Shown here: positions 1 through 13,814 of the stretch, piece by piece
Position numbering within the stretch: the first letter of the stretch is position 1
Layout of the letters: each line of letters begins with the position of its first letter
DNA from: Octopus vulgaris
Lineage: Eukaryota
Assembly (NCBI GenBank): GCA_951406725.2
Contig: OX597829.1
Coordinates: 13,888,001 to 13,952,000 of the forward strand
Direction of reading: 5' to 3'
DNA length: 64,000 bases
Notes under the pieces: generated by a model
What the model was told of the DNA's origin: nothing
What the model saw: the letters and a program-made list of their open reading frames with translations, nothing else
Databases searched by the model: none
Program-made: the position numbers and the translations under genes

Positions 1-34
1 CACATACCTAACGTCTATGTGTTTTTATTTGTTT

Positions 35-115
35 CTCTCCGAAGAGATTATGCCCCAAAATATGAACTAAATATTTAATTAATTTCACTGTGTTTAATTG
101 AAACAGCTGTAGGGA
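35..115 (+). ncRNA. Type I hammerhead ribozyme-like motif (U4C core variant, degenerate stem I)
   Basis: CCGAAGA (39-45), stem II GATTA/TAATT with long loop, GAA (100-102), palindromic stem III ACAGCTGT, GTA triplet; stem I tct/ggg is weak. Confidence 0.5.
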
Positions 116-721
116 TAATGATCGATTTCATGCTGATAATAAACACTTAGTAACTTAAAAATCTCCATTTTCTTCTTTTTCCTTTAAAGATATATATATA
201 TATGTATGTGTGTGTGTGTGTGTGTGTAGTCAGCAGAATCCAGAGATTCTCAGTATAGAAAACACGTAGTAGCGCTCAAATGAATCAAACTTAGACTCTT
301 ATGTCTTTATGAATGTCCAATTCCGCGGTGTAAAGAGAGACTATATGAGGAATCAAGTTCAACAGATATGGAGGCAATTATGTAGACAAATAAATTGAAT
401 ATAACTGCTTGTATATATGTATAAACAAAAAACGAGGGAAAACTAACACTGAAGACATTCAGACAATGAATACCTAAGTATAAATATATACATATTTATG
501 ATAACATATCTTTTCTACCCTGGTGATGGAAGCTCGATATATCTAAAATTGGTTCCTTCCATTATGGCCTGATTATCAGATAGATAATTATGATAGATCC
601 CCGAGCCCCCAGAGACTGTTGTACTTATAACACCTTACTTCCTTCCCTTTATTTTCTTTGTCGTTTGTACTGTGTGTAAGTTTGATCTGTTAATATAAAT
701 ATCTATATATTTATACTTTGA

Positions 722-871
722 AATGCAGGTACTACTCATTTTTGCCAGATGAGTGAGCTGAAGCAACGTGAAATGAAGTGTCTTACTCAAGGACACAACC
801 CGTCACCGGGAATTGAACCCACGACCTTACGATCGTGAGCTGAATGCCCTAAACATTAAGCCACGCGCCTC
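722..871 (-). mobile_element. tRNA-derived SINE, 5' part
   Basis: Reverse strand GAGGCGCGTGGCTTAATG (A box) ... GGGTTCAATTCCC (B box), then gtgtccttgagtaagacacttcatttcac; homologous to 40662-40905. Confidence 0.75.
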
Positions 872-1082
872 GACCCCCTTCAAGACCAAGTGGAAACTAC
901 TACAGAAGGCGCGCTCGTACACAGGAGGACATACCTGCTGTGACCTATGCATATCAGAGAGCCTAGAGATCTTGTTCGCCAAAGGCCCTCTCCTTAACAA
1001 ATTTTCAGAACACTCCCCAAATTGCATGCATATGAAATATGCGAACTACAAGAACTATAGACCTACCCGGCAACCTGATTGA
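872..1082 (+). mobile_element. Penelope-like element, C-terminal GIY-YIG endonuclease fragment (Naiad-type motif)
   Basis: KWKLLQKARSY...CDLCISE..EI....LLNK.SE...CMH matches the W..Y..CxLC..E..LN..E..CxH tail of PLE endonucleases; 5' truncated. Confidence 0.7.
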
Positions 1083-1200
1083 TGACAACCCCCCCTACAA
1101 CCCCCCCCCTACAACCCCCCTACAACCCCCTCCCCTACAACCCCCCCCCAACCCCACTGTTCCCCTAGCACCCCCGATTACCTTTTCTCCTAAGACCTTT

Positions 1201-1347
1201 CACATATATGTGCACGCTTGTATATGTGTATCGTATGTATGTATGTATATATGTATAGAAATGCATGGGTACAGTAAGAATATACGCATGTATTATGTGT
1301 GTGTGTGTGTATGTATGCATGTAAAAAAATATATATGTATATATATT

Positions 1348-1394
<47 letters not shown>

Positions 1395-2749
1395 GCTTGT
1401 ATGTGTGTGTGTGTGTATATGTGTATATGTGTTTGTATGTATATGTGTATATATGTATATGCATATGTATGTGTAAATGTATGTGCTTATGTATGTGTAT
1501 GTATGTATAAAATATTATATAATTAGGGCTTAGGAAAATAAAATAAATTACTTTGCCACATACTAAACTTTCTAGAAATAGCAGCCAATAAAGTTTTTTA
1601 GCCTCTTCCACTACTTAGAGAATTTTTTTCCCTCTAACATTGTTTACTCAAAATAATAATGGTCCCTTTACATACTGAACACTTGATGAAATTGATTAAT
1701 AACTAATTAACTTTACCCTCCCTTGTTGATATATATATACATATGTATATGTGTACATGTATGTATATATATATATATATATGTATATGTGTGTGTGTAT
1801 GTGTGTATGTATGTATTTGTATATGTGTGTGTGTATATGTATGTGTGCGCGTGTGTGTGTATGTATGTGTATGTATACTTGTATATGTATATGCATGAAT
1901 GTATATATATGTGTGTGTATATGTGTATTATGTATGTATTTATATAGATATGTAGTTTATATATATATATATGTATGTATATGCATCTGTCTGTGTGTGT
2001 GTATGTGTATATATGTGTATCATTTTTGCGTATGTATACATGTATATGTGTATATGTATGTGTGTGTGTGTGTGTATGTATGTATATATATATATATATA
2101 TGTGTATATATATGTATATATATATATATATGCATGCGTATGTGTATGTACATGTATATATGTATGTGTGTATATGTATATATGTTTATATATATGAGTA
2201 TGTAGTGATATAAGTATATGCATGTGTATGTATGGGTATGTGTATCAGTGTATATGTATATATGTATGTGTGTGTGTATGTATATGTATGTATATGTGTA
2301 TATATGTATGTGTATATGTGTATATATGTATATATGTATATATATGTGTGTATATGTATGTGTGTATGTATGTGTATGTGTATGTATGTGTATGTATATC
2401 TATATATGTATATATATGTATATATATATATATGTGTATGTGTATATATATGTATATATATATATATATGAGTGCGTGTGTGTATGTATGCATATATGTA
2501 TGTATGCATGTATATGTGTATGTATATATATGTGTGTAAGTGTGTGCATATATGTATTTGTAAGTATGTGCGCGCGTATGAGTATGTATGTATACTTGCA
2601 CACGTGTATATATATGTGTGTGTGTGTATATATATGGATGCGCGTGCGTGTGTGCACGTGTATGGGTACGCATGTATATGTGTATGTGCGTGTATGCGTA
2701 TACGTGTATGTATGTATGTGTGTGCGTAGATTTGTATATGTATGTGTGA

Positions 2750-2786
<37 letters not shown>

Positions 2787-2990
2787 TATAGATGGGTGTG
2801 TGTATGCGTATAAATGCATGTAAGTATGGATGTATGGATGTATGTATGTATGTATACGTATGTATGTGTGTATGTGTGTATGTATATATATATGTGTGTA
2901 TATATGTTTGTGTATGTATATATATGTGTATGTATGTGTGTGTATATGTATGTGTGTATGTGTATGTATGTGTATATATATATATATGTA

Positions 2991-3022
<32 letters not shown>

Positions 3023-3914
3023 GGTATGTATCTGTATGTAGGAGTATATATGTGTGTGTGTGTATGTATATGCGGGTATATATATATATATATGTATATT
3101 TATTGGGGTATATGTATAGACTAGCCTCCTAAAGTGTAGACACGAATCTGTAGGTACGAGTACGTATGTGTATATACGTGAACGTATGTAGATGTTTGTA
3201 TGTATGAATATAACGCGTGCGTACGTGTATGTGTATGAGTGTACGAATGGGTGAATGTACGTGCTAATGAGTGTGCGTGCGGGAATGAGTACTTGCCTTC
3301 TAGTAGACAGACAAATGGACATGCAGCCATTGCCAGGATTCTTAGCCCTAGCGATCAAAGATAACAAAAGTAATAAATGAAGATAATAAAATTAAAATTA
3401 GGGAATGGGCCTGTATTGGATTGTATATATATATATATATGTATATGTATATTTGTATGTATGTATGTGTGTATGTGTAGGTATGTATAGGTACACATGT
3501 GTATGTGTATGTGTATGTATATATGTGTGTATGTATGTATGTGCACACATGTATATATATGTATGCGTGTATATGTTTATATATATATATGTGTACATAG
3601 GTGTATGTGGGTGTATGTATGTATATATAGGTGTAAATATGTGTATATAGGGAACTAGGTGTGTTGTGTGTGCATGAGTGTATGTGCGTATGAATATATA
3701 TTTTTATGTGTATATATGTATGTGTGGTCGTGGGTATATATATATATATATATATATACATGTGTGTATGCGTGCATGCATGGGAGTGAGTGTATGCATA
3801 TATACGTGTGTGTATGTGTAGACAGGTATAGGCATGTGCATGTGTATAAATTTGTATATGTGGGCGGGTGTATGTATGTGTGTATGTAGATATGTATGTA
3901 TGTGTGTACATATG

Positions 3915-3963
<49 letters not shown>

Positions 3964-4025
3964 GTGTGTGTATATATATGTGTATGTATGTATGTGTGTG
4001 TAGGTACGTATACATGTGTGTATAG
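1201..4025. repeat. Degenerate TA/TG/TATG microsatellite field
   Basis: About 2.8 kb of mostly alternating purine-pyrimidine sequence with short unique islands. Confidence 0.95.
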
Positions 4026-4370
4026 GTATAAGTGAGAATCTCCTTATTTACCTATAACTCTATCCCCCCTTTTTTTATATATATATTTTTTTATATATAT
4101 ATTTTATATATATATTTTTTTATATATATTTTTTATATTTTTATTTTCTTATTTTTTTATTTTATTTTTTTATTTTTTTATTTTTTTATTTTTTTATTTT
4201 TTATTTTTTTATTTTTTTATTTATCTATTCTTTCATCTAAATTACCACTGACTCCTTGACCACTCCCCCAAGTATGATATTTTGCGCTATGCCTACCCCC
4301 AAAAAGTCCCCCACCACCACTCCTTTAAACCTGCCTAAATGTATAAATGCTAATACAATTCTTGTTAAAT

Positions 4371-4421
4371 AGCTTCCTGAAGATTTCTCTTGAATGAAAC
4401 AGTACTAGTCCTGTAGAAGCT
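4371..4421 (+). ncRNA. Type I hammerhead ribozyme (probable PLE 3' pseudo-LTR)
   Basis: AGCTTC-CTGAAGA-tTTC tctt GAAt-GAA-ACAG tactagtc CTGT-A-GAAGCT: 6-bp stem I, 4-bp stem III, GUA cleavage triplet, one stem II mismatch; AATAAA follows at ~4432. Confidence 0.8.
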
Positions 4422-4504
4422 CCTTCTATATAATAAAATATTTTTACTCTGCTATGTATTGAGTACCTTACTTACTGTGGTTAACCCCGAATCAACCCGG
4501 GACC

Positions 4505-4545
<41 letters not shown>

Positions 4546-4555
4546 GTGTATATAT

Positions 4556-4706
4556 ACACGACGGGCGTCTTTCAGTTTCTGTATCCCAAATCCATTCACA
4601 AGGCTTTGGTCGGTCTGTGGCCACAGTAAAAGACCACGCTTTGGGACTGAAGTCGGAACCAAGTGTTTGGGAAGCAAGTTTCTTACCGCACACCCACACG
4701 TGCGCC
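4556..4706 (-). mobile_element. tRNA-derived SINE family 1, 5' half
   Basis: Homologous to the head and central domain of the copy at 34378-34793 (tttcagtttc...caaatccattcacaaggctttggtcgg). Confidence 0.75.
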
Positions 4707-5583
4707 CGTATGTAGACAAAAGTGATTATCATTATTTATTTTAAAAAATCTATTGTTTGCTCTGGAACTTGGAAATCACATTTTAAGCAATATCTATTAA
4801 TTTCATACCTAACCTCTTGGATGAAATTATGCCTAATATCTCTATCATTTGTAACATGAATATCTTTTTACTATTTCTACGATTACTGTTACAACACTGA
4901 AGATTTTGCCATTGGATGCATGGGCAATGACATCTAATTAGACGCAAATCTTGACTCATAGAGGGAAAAAAAATATTTTGTCCGTGTCCAACTGAAGATA
5001 CTGCTTGCTGTAAGCAATGGTAACAATATAAAACTGCAATGTGTTCTGTTAACTTGCAGCCCCAGAACCGAGCTTCAGTTCCTCACGAATTATCGACAAA
5101 AGAGCAAGGGGAAAAAAACATTTTCCTGTGCTTGCGTGTGCCCTATGAATAATCATGCGAAAGACTGAGCCTTCGTTTATACTACCCACCCACTGCCCAT
5201 CTTCAACACGATCAACTCGACATGGAAACATACCAGTGTGTTATTAGTTTTATCATACTTTTTTCCTTTGTATCATATGTACTTTTGACCCGATTATACA
5301 TTCATGGATAAGGAGAGAATTGAAAATGAGTACAACACCAACAACAACATCAATAAGGAAAAATAAAATCGTTCTAGATATATTGGCTTTGCTGCTGCTG
5401 TCGAAATGATTTTTGTCGTCGGTGGCAGCGAAAGAAAGAAAAATGGAATTTGTTGTGAAGGAACACATATCTGCAGGTTTAGTCAAGTATTATCGAAGAA
5501 TAACTTGTGGAGAAAGTGAGTAGCGAAGCGATGCAATGTGTGTGCGTGTGTTTCCATACATACATATATGTATGCAAATATAT

Positions 5584-5633
<50 letters not shown>

Positions 5634-5748
5634 AGGAGATGTGGAACACGAGTTGTGATAACAAATGCGCAACCGGTAAGAAGAACTTTCACCTAATTAA
5701 ATACGCTCTCCTTTACTTAAATTATTTTGTCAGCATTTTCTTCATTTC

Positions 5749-5789
<41 letters not shown>

Positions 5790-5829
5790 ATATATATACG
5801 TGTGTATATATACATACATACATATGTAC

Positions 5830-5918
<89 letters not shown>

Positions 5919-6075
5919 TATACAAAGCAATTAAAATTCAAGTAAATTCCAATGAATTTACTTGAATGTGGTACTTAACTTAGATGCACCAGAAAAACTA
6001 TATGGTGTTAACCATACAGTAATGTGGGGTGATTATAAACGAGAAAGAAGCATTCTTGTTACTTCTTTCTCGTAC

Positions 6076-6300
<225 letters not shown>

Positions 6301-6387
6301 ATATATATTGTTATATTTCGGAATGGTCATATTGCCAGTTTAGCCAATATATATATTATATATATATATATATATATACAGATATAG

Positions 6388-6565
6388 ATCGCTAGCCACT
6401 GCACATTTTTTATTTTCTCTCTATGTTTCTTTCTGTGGAAGAGCGTAGACTCGAAATGTTAAAGACTTTTTCACTTCCCGAGCGGTAAACTAACACATTT
6501 GTTTGTTGTCTACACCACCTGTCTTCGTCATTTTGTTTTTGTTCTTTTTTTTGTGAATTCTCCCC
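6388..6565 (+). repeat. Short dispersed repeat with variant minimal hammerhead (6428-6465); PLE pLTR/retrozyme-like
   Basis: TCTTT-CTGTGGA-A-GAGC gtag aCTC-GAA-AT-GT-T-AAAGA; further copies at 41137-41310 and 41660-41890 (minus). Confidence 0.65.
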
Positions 6566-6677
6566 TATATATATATATATGTATGGCTGTATGTTTGTAC
6601 GTATGTATGTATGTATGTATGTATGTAAGTATGTATGTATGTATGTATGTATGTATGTATGTATGTATGTATGTATG

Positions 6678-9600
6678 TGTCAGGTCTCCGCTTGGAGCTA
6701 CTGGTAACATGTAACCCAGTACAACCTGTTACATGGTCGGGTCGTTGGCGACTAAACTGGCAACCCCACCAAGATTTCTTGGTGAGGAGGGTGATTTGGA
6801 CACCCAGCAGGACTAAAAACAAAACCTGTCAAAGGGCAGAGGAACTTTCTCATGAGTCAATGGCCATCCAAAATCCGGAGTGGAGTCCCTAAGGCGGTTG
6901 GATTGCGCCATGTGTGCCACCTTCCGGCAGCTCCTGCATCCTGGTCTACCCCCAGCCGTCTTGACTTTGTCTTGCCACTGGATCCGGCGCACCAGGACGA
7001 GAGAGTGAGGCTGATCCTGCGCAAGTCACCCTCACTATAATCCAAGTCACGCGCACGTCATGACATCATGACACCAACATCACACCAACATCACAAAGTC
7101 CTGTGGCGATGGGGAAACGGCGAAGTAGCAGGTGAGGATACACTGGGAGCTGCAGTCGTGAACCCACACACAGGCGGCTCAGGACATGTGGTCGCCCCTC
7201 ACTGAACTGAGGCAGCAGTGGAGTCCGGCAGCCTCCTGAGTGACCGAGCAGCCCTCTTCAGGATCGCTCTGCTCGCCTCCCCAGCATGAGGACGGGGCTA
7301 GAAAATGTTGCCCTAAACATAGCCTGCCTCACCTCACCCTGGTCAGCAAACCGCGGCTGGCGGGGATCCTTTCCAAACGGTCGAAACAAAGAAAGAAAAC
7401 AAACAAAGGTGCTCACTTTCGCAACTTGGAACGTGAGAACTCTGCTTGACAACACCGAAGCGGACAGACCAGAGAGACGAACTGCCCTGGTGGCCAGAGA
7501 ACTGAGCCGATACAATGTCGATATCGCAGCACTGAGCGAGACCCGCCTTGCGGACAAAGGCCAGCTGATAGAGACAGGCGACGGCTACACTTTCTTTTGG
7601 AGTGGTCGCAGCGGCGAAGAGCGTCGTGAGGCTGGTGTTGGTTTTGCCATCAAGTCAGTACACGTGCGGAAACTGGAAAGCTCCCCCGAGGGTATCAACG
7701 ATCGGCTGATGAAGATGCAGCTCCCACTTGGAAACAAGACTAGTGCGACCATCATCAGCGCTTACGCCTCCACCATGACCAACCCTGAAGAAGTTAAGGA
7801 CAGGTTCTATGAGCAACTCGACTTCCTCATCACGTCAGTCCAGCCTGGGAAGCTCATCCTCCTTGGGGATTTTAACGCCCGTGTCGGGACTGACCACCAA
7901 GCCTGGCATCGTGTGCTGGGAAAGCAAGGAATCGGAAAGTGCAACAACAACGGGCAGCTCCTCCTGCGTGCGTGTGCCTCTCATGATCTTACCATCGCCA
8001 ACACCTTGTTCCGTCTGCCAACACGCAACAAGACATCATGGATGCATCCACGCTCTAAACACTGGCATCTGATAGATTACGTCATCGTCAGGGCGAAAGA
8101 CAGGCGGGACGTGAGACTGGTCAAAGCCATGTGTGGAGCTGATTGCTGGACGGACCATCGCCTCATCATCTCCAGGATGGATTTCTACATCCGACCTAAA
8201 AGAAGACCACAGGGTCAGAAAGTGACGAGGAAGCTTAACATCACGAAATTAAAGAACCAGCTGACTGCACAAGATCTCCAGTCACGTATGGACAGCAAGC
8301 TGTTGGACATTCGGAATGACCAGTCCAGCATCGATGAGTAGTGGGAATCATTGAGGGACACGGTTCATTCCATCGCCCTTGAAATTCTAGGCCAAGTTAC
8401 GAGGAACCACCAGGACTGGTTCGACGAAAACGACCGGGAAATCCAAAAGCTCCTGGAAGAGAAACGCCGTCTGCTGCGGGCTCACCAAAATGACACCACC
8501 TGCACGGCAAAGAAGGCCGCTTTCAACAACATTCGCAGCACAGTCCAGGCAAAACTCCGCCTCATGCAAGACGCATGGTTAAACGCCAAGGCGGATGAGA
8601 TTCAGGGATACGCAGAAAAACACTACACCAAGAAATTCTACGAGGCGCTGAAAGCTGTCTATGGACGGCAATCCTCCTTTGGATCAACCCCCCTGCTCAG
8701 CTCGGATGGAACCTCACTCCTGACTAACAAGAAGCTGATCCTGGAGAGATGGGCGGAGCATTTCAACATCGTGCTCAACCGACCAGCCCAGATCAACGAG
8801 GAAGCCATCGCACGACTCCCCCAGGTGCCGACAAACCACGAGCTGGCTGTTCCCCCTGCAGTCGAGGAAGTGAGCAGAGCCATCAAAAAAATGTCCACCG
8901 GCAAAGCTCCAGGCTCTGACGCCATCCCTTCAGAGGTGTTCAAGTCGGGCGGCCCCACCATAATCAGTCAGCTCACCAGCCTGTTCCAGTCGATGTGGGA
9001 CAGGGAACAACTTCCTCAAGATTTCCGGGACGCAACAATCGTCCACATTTATAAGCGGAAAGGAGATCGGCAGTCCTGCGACAACCACCGAGGAATCTCC
9101 CTCTTGTCCATAGCAGGCAAGATCCTGGCCCGAGTCCTGCTTGACCGCCTTCTGGAACACTTGGAGCAAGGCCTTCTCCCTGAGAGCCAGTGTGGCTTCC
9201 GCGCGGGTCGAGGGACCACTGACATGATATTCGCCGCCCGTCAGCTCCAGGAGAAATGCATGGAGCAGCACCTTGACCTCTGCATGACCTTTGTTGACCT
9301 CACCAAGGCTTTCGATACAGTCAGTCGGGAGGGACTATGGAAGGTCATGGGAAAATTTGGTTGCCCCAGCAAATTTATTGCAATTGTCCGCCAGTTCCAC
9401 GATGGAATGACAGCCAGAGTCCTTGAGGACGGCAACTCATCTGAAGCCTTCCAGGTGACCAACGGAGTTAGGCAGGGCTGTGTCCAACACTGTTCAGCAT
9501 CATGTTCTCGGCAATGCTGTCCGACGCCTTCAAGGACTGCAAGTCCGGTATCGACATCAAGTACAGGACAGACGGGAAACTTTTCAACTCCAGAAGATTG

Positions 9601-10636
9601 CAGGCCGTCACAAAGGTAAGGGAGACAGTCGTCAGAGACTTCCTCTTTGCTGACGACTGCCCCCTTAATGCAATCGATGAGCAGGAGATGCAGCTCGGGA
9701 TGGACAGGTTCTCATCAGCCTGTGACAACTTCGGTCTCACCATCAGTGCCAAGAAAACCGAAGTGATGTTTCAGCCAGCACCCGGCAAACAATACCATGA
9801 GCCTCAGATAAAGGTGAACGGACGGATCCTACGAGCGGTGGAAAACTTCACCTACCTGGGCAGCACTCTCTCCTGCAATGCCAACATAGATGCTGAAATC
9901 TTCAAAAGAATCTCCAAGGCAAGCAGCGCGTTTGGGAAACTGCGAAAGAAAGTCTGGGAGCAGAGAGGAATCAGCCTCAACACCAAGCTGAAAGTCTACC
10001 GGGCAGTCGTGCTTACCACCCTACTATACGGCTGCGAGACGTGGACTGCTTACCGAAGGCACGAGCGCCAGATAAACCACTTCCACCTGAGGTGTCTTCG
10101 GAACCTCCTTCACATCCGCTGGCAGGACAAAGTCCCAGACACGGAAGTTCTGAAACAGGCAGATCTCCCTAGCACCATCACGATCATGCGCAAGGCCCAG
10201 CTGAGATGGGCGGGCCACGTCTCCCACATGTCCGACACTCGCATCCCAAAACAGCTCTTCTACGGTGAACTCAGCCAGGGCAAACGCAAAGTCGGAGGGC
10301 AGAAGAAGCGCTTCAAGGACAGTCTCAAAGTCTCTCACAAAGACTTCTCCATCGACACAGAGACTTGGGAGACACTTGCTGCCGACCGCTCATCCTGGCG
10401 TAGCGCAATCACCACAGGAGCAAAGACAGCCGAGGGGAGACGGATTCAGTCAGCAGAGCAGAAACGCCAGATGCGGAAAGCCAGAGCCACTTGCACCAAT
10501 AGCACAGCCCCTACCCACTTCTGCCCCACCTGTGGGAGGGGCTTCCAGCCTCACCAGCCACCTCCGGTCTCATAGCAGCAATTCCACCGAATGATGTCAA
10601 TGGTCATCTTCGAACCCGAAGGACGAACATCATCAT
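6678..10636 (+). mobile_element. Full-length RTE-clade (BovB-like) LINE
   Basis: ~600-bp structured 5'UTR, single APE-RT ORF, 3' end ttcgaacccgaaggacgaacatcatcat; flanked on both sides by (TATG)n. Confidence 0.95.
7286..10590 (+). pseudogene. RTE ORF: AP endonuclease + reverse transcriptase + C-terminal C2H2 finger, three visible lesions
   Basis: ATWNVRTL, LSETR, LGDFNAR, IDY, TDH (APE); RGISLL, QCGFR, FVDLTKAFD, GVRQG, FADD, FTYLGS (RT); CPTC..HLRSH. Stop at 8339-8341, frameshift near 9482, deletion near 10548. Confidence 0.93.
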
Positions 10637-10853
10637 ATGTACGTATGTATGAATGTGTGTATCTGTGCATGTATTATGTATGTACGTATGTATGTATGTA
10701 TGTATGTATGTACGATCGTGAGCTGAATGCCCTAAACATTAAGCCACGCGCCTCGACATATATACACGTATACATATTTTGCATATCAAACTTAAGCTGT
10801 CATATTTAATTTGTTTATCCGCATAACTGCTTAGATAGATCGATCGATACACA

Positions 10854-10966
<113 letters not shown>

Positions 10967-11075
10967 GATAAGCATATTTTGATAAGCATAACAAATGCGC
11001 AACCGGTAAAAAGAACTTTCACCTAATTAAATTACTTAAATTACTTCAATTATTTGTCAGCATTTTCTTCATTTC

Positions 11076-11148
<73 letters not shown>

Positions 11149-11155
11149 TTATGTT

Positions 11156-11711
11156 GTGTCAGGTCACTTTTGAGTGCTACTGGTAACATATAACCAGTAC
11201 AACCTATTGCATGGTCGAGTCGTCGGCGACTAAACCGGCAACCCCACCAAGCTTGCTTGATGAGGAAGGTGTTTATTGGACACCCTGCGGAATTAAAAAC
11301 AAAATCCGTCAAAGTGTGGAGGAACTCTTGAGCGTCAACCGCCATCCAATAAATGTCTTAAGGCTGAATCATACGCGGGGACATAGAAATAATCAGACTG
11401 AATACCCGATCGCGCGGTTAAACCATTGGGAGTGAAGGACTCCTAGCTTTTGTTAGGGCATCCTTCTAGGAGAAGGTAACTCAGGTAACTGGGATAACTC
11501 CGACATAAAACCTGCGGTTCAGTGGTTACCGATGATGTTGACTTGTTCTTCTTTTCGGATTATGGCTGCTGTTGCTTAGTGAGTGGGATTGACTCAGTGC
11601 ACAGCCTTTCCTCACTTAAAAAAAAATCTTCTTGCACAGGCATTGCACGATAACAACATTGATTAAGTTTCGTGCAATGGTCATACTCGATAACGAGGGG
11701 GCAGCCACCAT
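11156..11711 (+). mobile_element. Non-autonomous bipartite RTE-derived element (RTE 5' head + RTE 3' tail, no ORF)
   Basis: 11156-11350 aligns to 6678-6870; internal tctaggagaaggtaactc motif; tail caatggtcatactcgataacgagggg resembles RTE tail at 10598-10625. Confidence 0.8.
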
Positions 11712-11776
11712 GTATGTATGTATGTATGTATGTATGTATGTATGTATGTATTTATGTATGTATGTATGTATGTATG

Positions 11777-11808
<32 letters not shown>

Positions 11809-11899
11809 TGTATGTATGTATGTATGTATGTATGTATGTATGTATGCATGTACGTTTGTATGTGTTTGTATGTATTTATGTATGTATATCTTTTTTATA

Positions 11900-12400
11900 A
11901 TTTTTTCATACATTTGACTACGATCATGCTGGACCACTACCGTCAAGGGTTTGCTTTATTGTTTTTGAGCCTAATACTTATTCTATCAGTTCTCTTTCCG
12001 AACTGCTAAGTTACTGGAACGTAAACTCACCAACACAGGTTGTCAAGCGGCGGAGAGGAACAAACACAGCTACATACACACATGCATATATATATGTATT
12101 GTCGAAGAATAACTTATGGAGAAAGTATATATATATATTTATGTATTTGCACATATGTTTATATATATATATATATATACATATATATAATATATTTATA
12201 TATATTTATATATATATATTTATATATATATGTATATATATAAATATGTTTGTGTATGTGTGTGTGTGTATTTGACGAATTTCAGTTTCCGTCTACCAAA
12301 TCACTCAGACCTTGGTCAGCCTGAAGCTATGCTAGAAGACTCTTTTTGAACCCGAAAGCATGTTGCGAAGGAAGCTTCCTACCACACACCCGTGCCTGCG
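11900..12400 (-). mobile_element. SINE family 1, degenerate copy
   Basis: Tail catttgactacgatcatgctgg, body aactgctaagttac...gttgtcaagc, head tttccgtctaccaaatc. Confidence 0.7.
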
Positions 12401-12594
12401 CATACAATATATATATATATTTATATACACACGCGCACACGTTATCCTTACGCATTATCTAGCCTCTATGTAGACAGAACAAGCAGAATCAATATAATTA
12501 GTTTCTAGTCTTCATCACAGAGAAACATAGTTGTATTTTGTCCACAGAGAAATTAAATGCCAAAAGTTTTTATAACATATTTTTTCTCTTTTTT

Positions 12595-12970
12595 TTTATT
12601 TGCTTCAGTCATTTGACTGCAGCCATGCAGATCACCGCAAACCGACCCAAGGACTTATTCTTTGTAAGCCTAGTACCTATTTTATTGATCCATTTTACCG
12701 AACCACTAAGTTACGGGAACGTAGACACATCAACATCGGTTGTCAGGCGATGGGTGGGGGGGACAAACACAAACACACAAACACACACACACATACATAT
12801 ATATATAAATATGTGCGACAGGCTTCTTTCAGTTTCCGTTTACCAAATCCATTCACAAGGCTTTGGTCGGCCCGAGGCTATAGTGAAAGACACTTGGACA
12901 AAGTTCCACGCAGTGGGACCTAACCCTGTGATGGGTAAGCAAGCTACTTACCATATAGCCACTCCTGCAC
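12595..12970 (-). mobile_element. SINE family 1, near full length
   Basis: Colinear with 34378-34793. Confidence 0.8.
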
Positions 12971-13767
12971 CTATGTACAAACTCAGATAAAAGCAAATCC
13001 TTCACAACCATCTGAGCGCGAAGAGCTTCTCACGTCTGCGTGTTCGTGCGACGGTTGTGATCTGTAAACTGTTTTGAGTAGAAAGCGGGAAGAGAAGTAT
13101 CGACATACAATGCGCATGTGCACAATGAATTCATAAAACGGAAGAGAATAAAAACGCAATGTCATATAGCCGGTGGTCAATCACAGCTTTGTAAGTCGAA
13201 GTAGATGGAAGAAGACCGCCACATGGTTTGTACATTGTACCTGAAATTCGAAGGTCCAGCCTTATCGCACGTTGTATTATGCTGAAACTGTCTGTGAATT
13301 ACATTAACTGTACATATTCCTTGAGAATACTCAATCCCGTAGCTCACAGTGAGAGGATTGACCCAGTTGTCTGAACAAGAGAACGATCATAGGTAGAAAT
13401 TAGTCTAAGAGTCTGTCTCTCTCTCACACACCCACATACACACACACACACATATATATAAAATTTGTATATGTGCATGTATACATGCATATATATGTGT
13501 ATATATATAAGTCGGATTCGAGTAATTCTGTAATACTCATAAAAAGCTTAATGTAAGTAATTCATTTATCATTGGATATAATTATATAAATTATTTACAA
13601 GTTTTTAAGTTACGAAACAATTTGTCGTAATACTAGAATTTTTTGTTGTTAATAATTTCATTAAACTATTTCTGTCATTTATGACTTTATGTGTGAATAT
13701 GTGTGTGTAGGCGCATGTATACATACATGTATATTTATATATACATACATATGTGTGTATATATTAT

Positions 13768-13814
<47 letters not shown>

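Noticed and set aside
445-625. CTGAAGA (449) and CTGGTGA (519) hammerhead-like starts
   Set aside because: No correctly placed GAAA plus stem III and stem I.
1086-1180. C-rich (CCCCCTACAA)-like repeat and Pro-rich ORF 1039-1476
   Set aside because: Low-complexity UTR tract; neither canonical telomeric repeat nor credible protein.
12985-13170. CpG-containing block with TGCGCATGTGCA and CGGAAG motifs (promoter-like)
   Set aside because: Short motifs only; no linked exon or transcript evidence.
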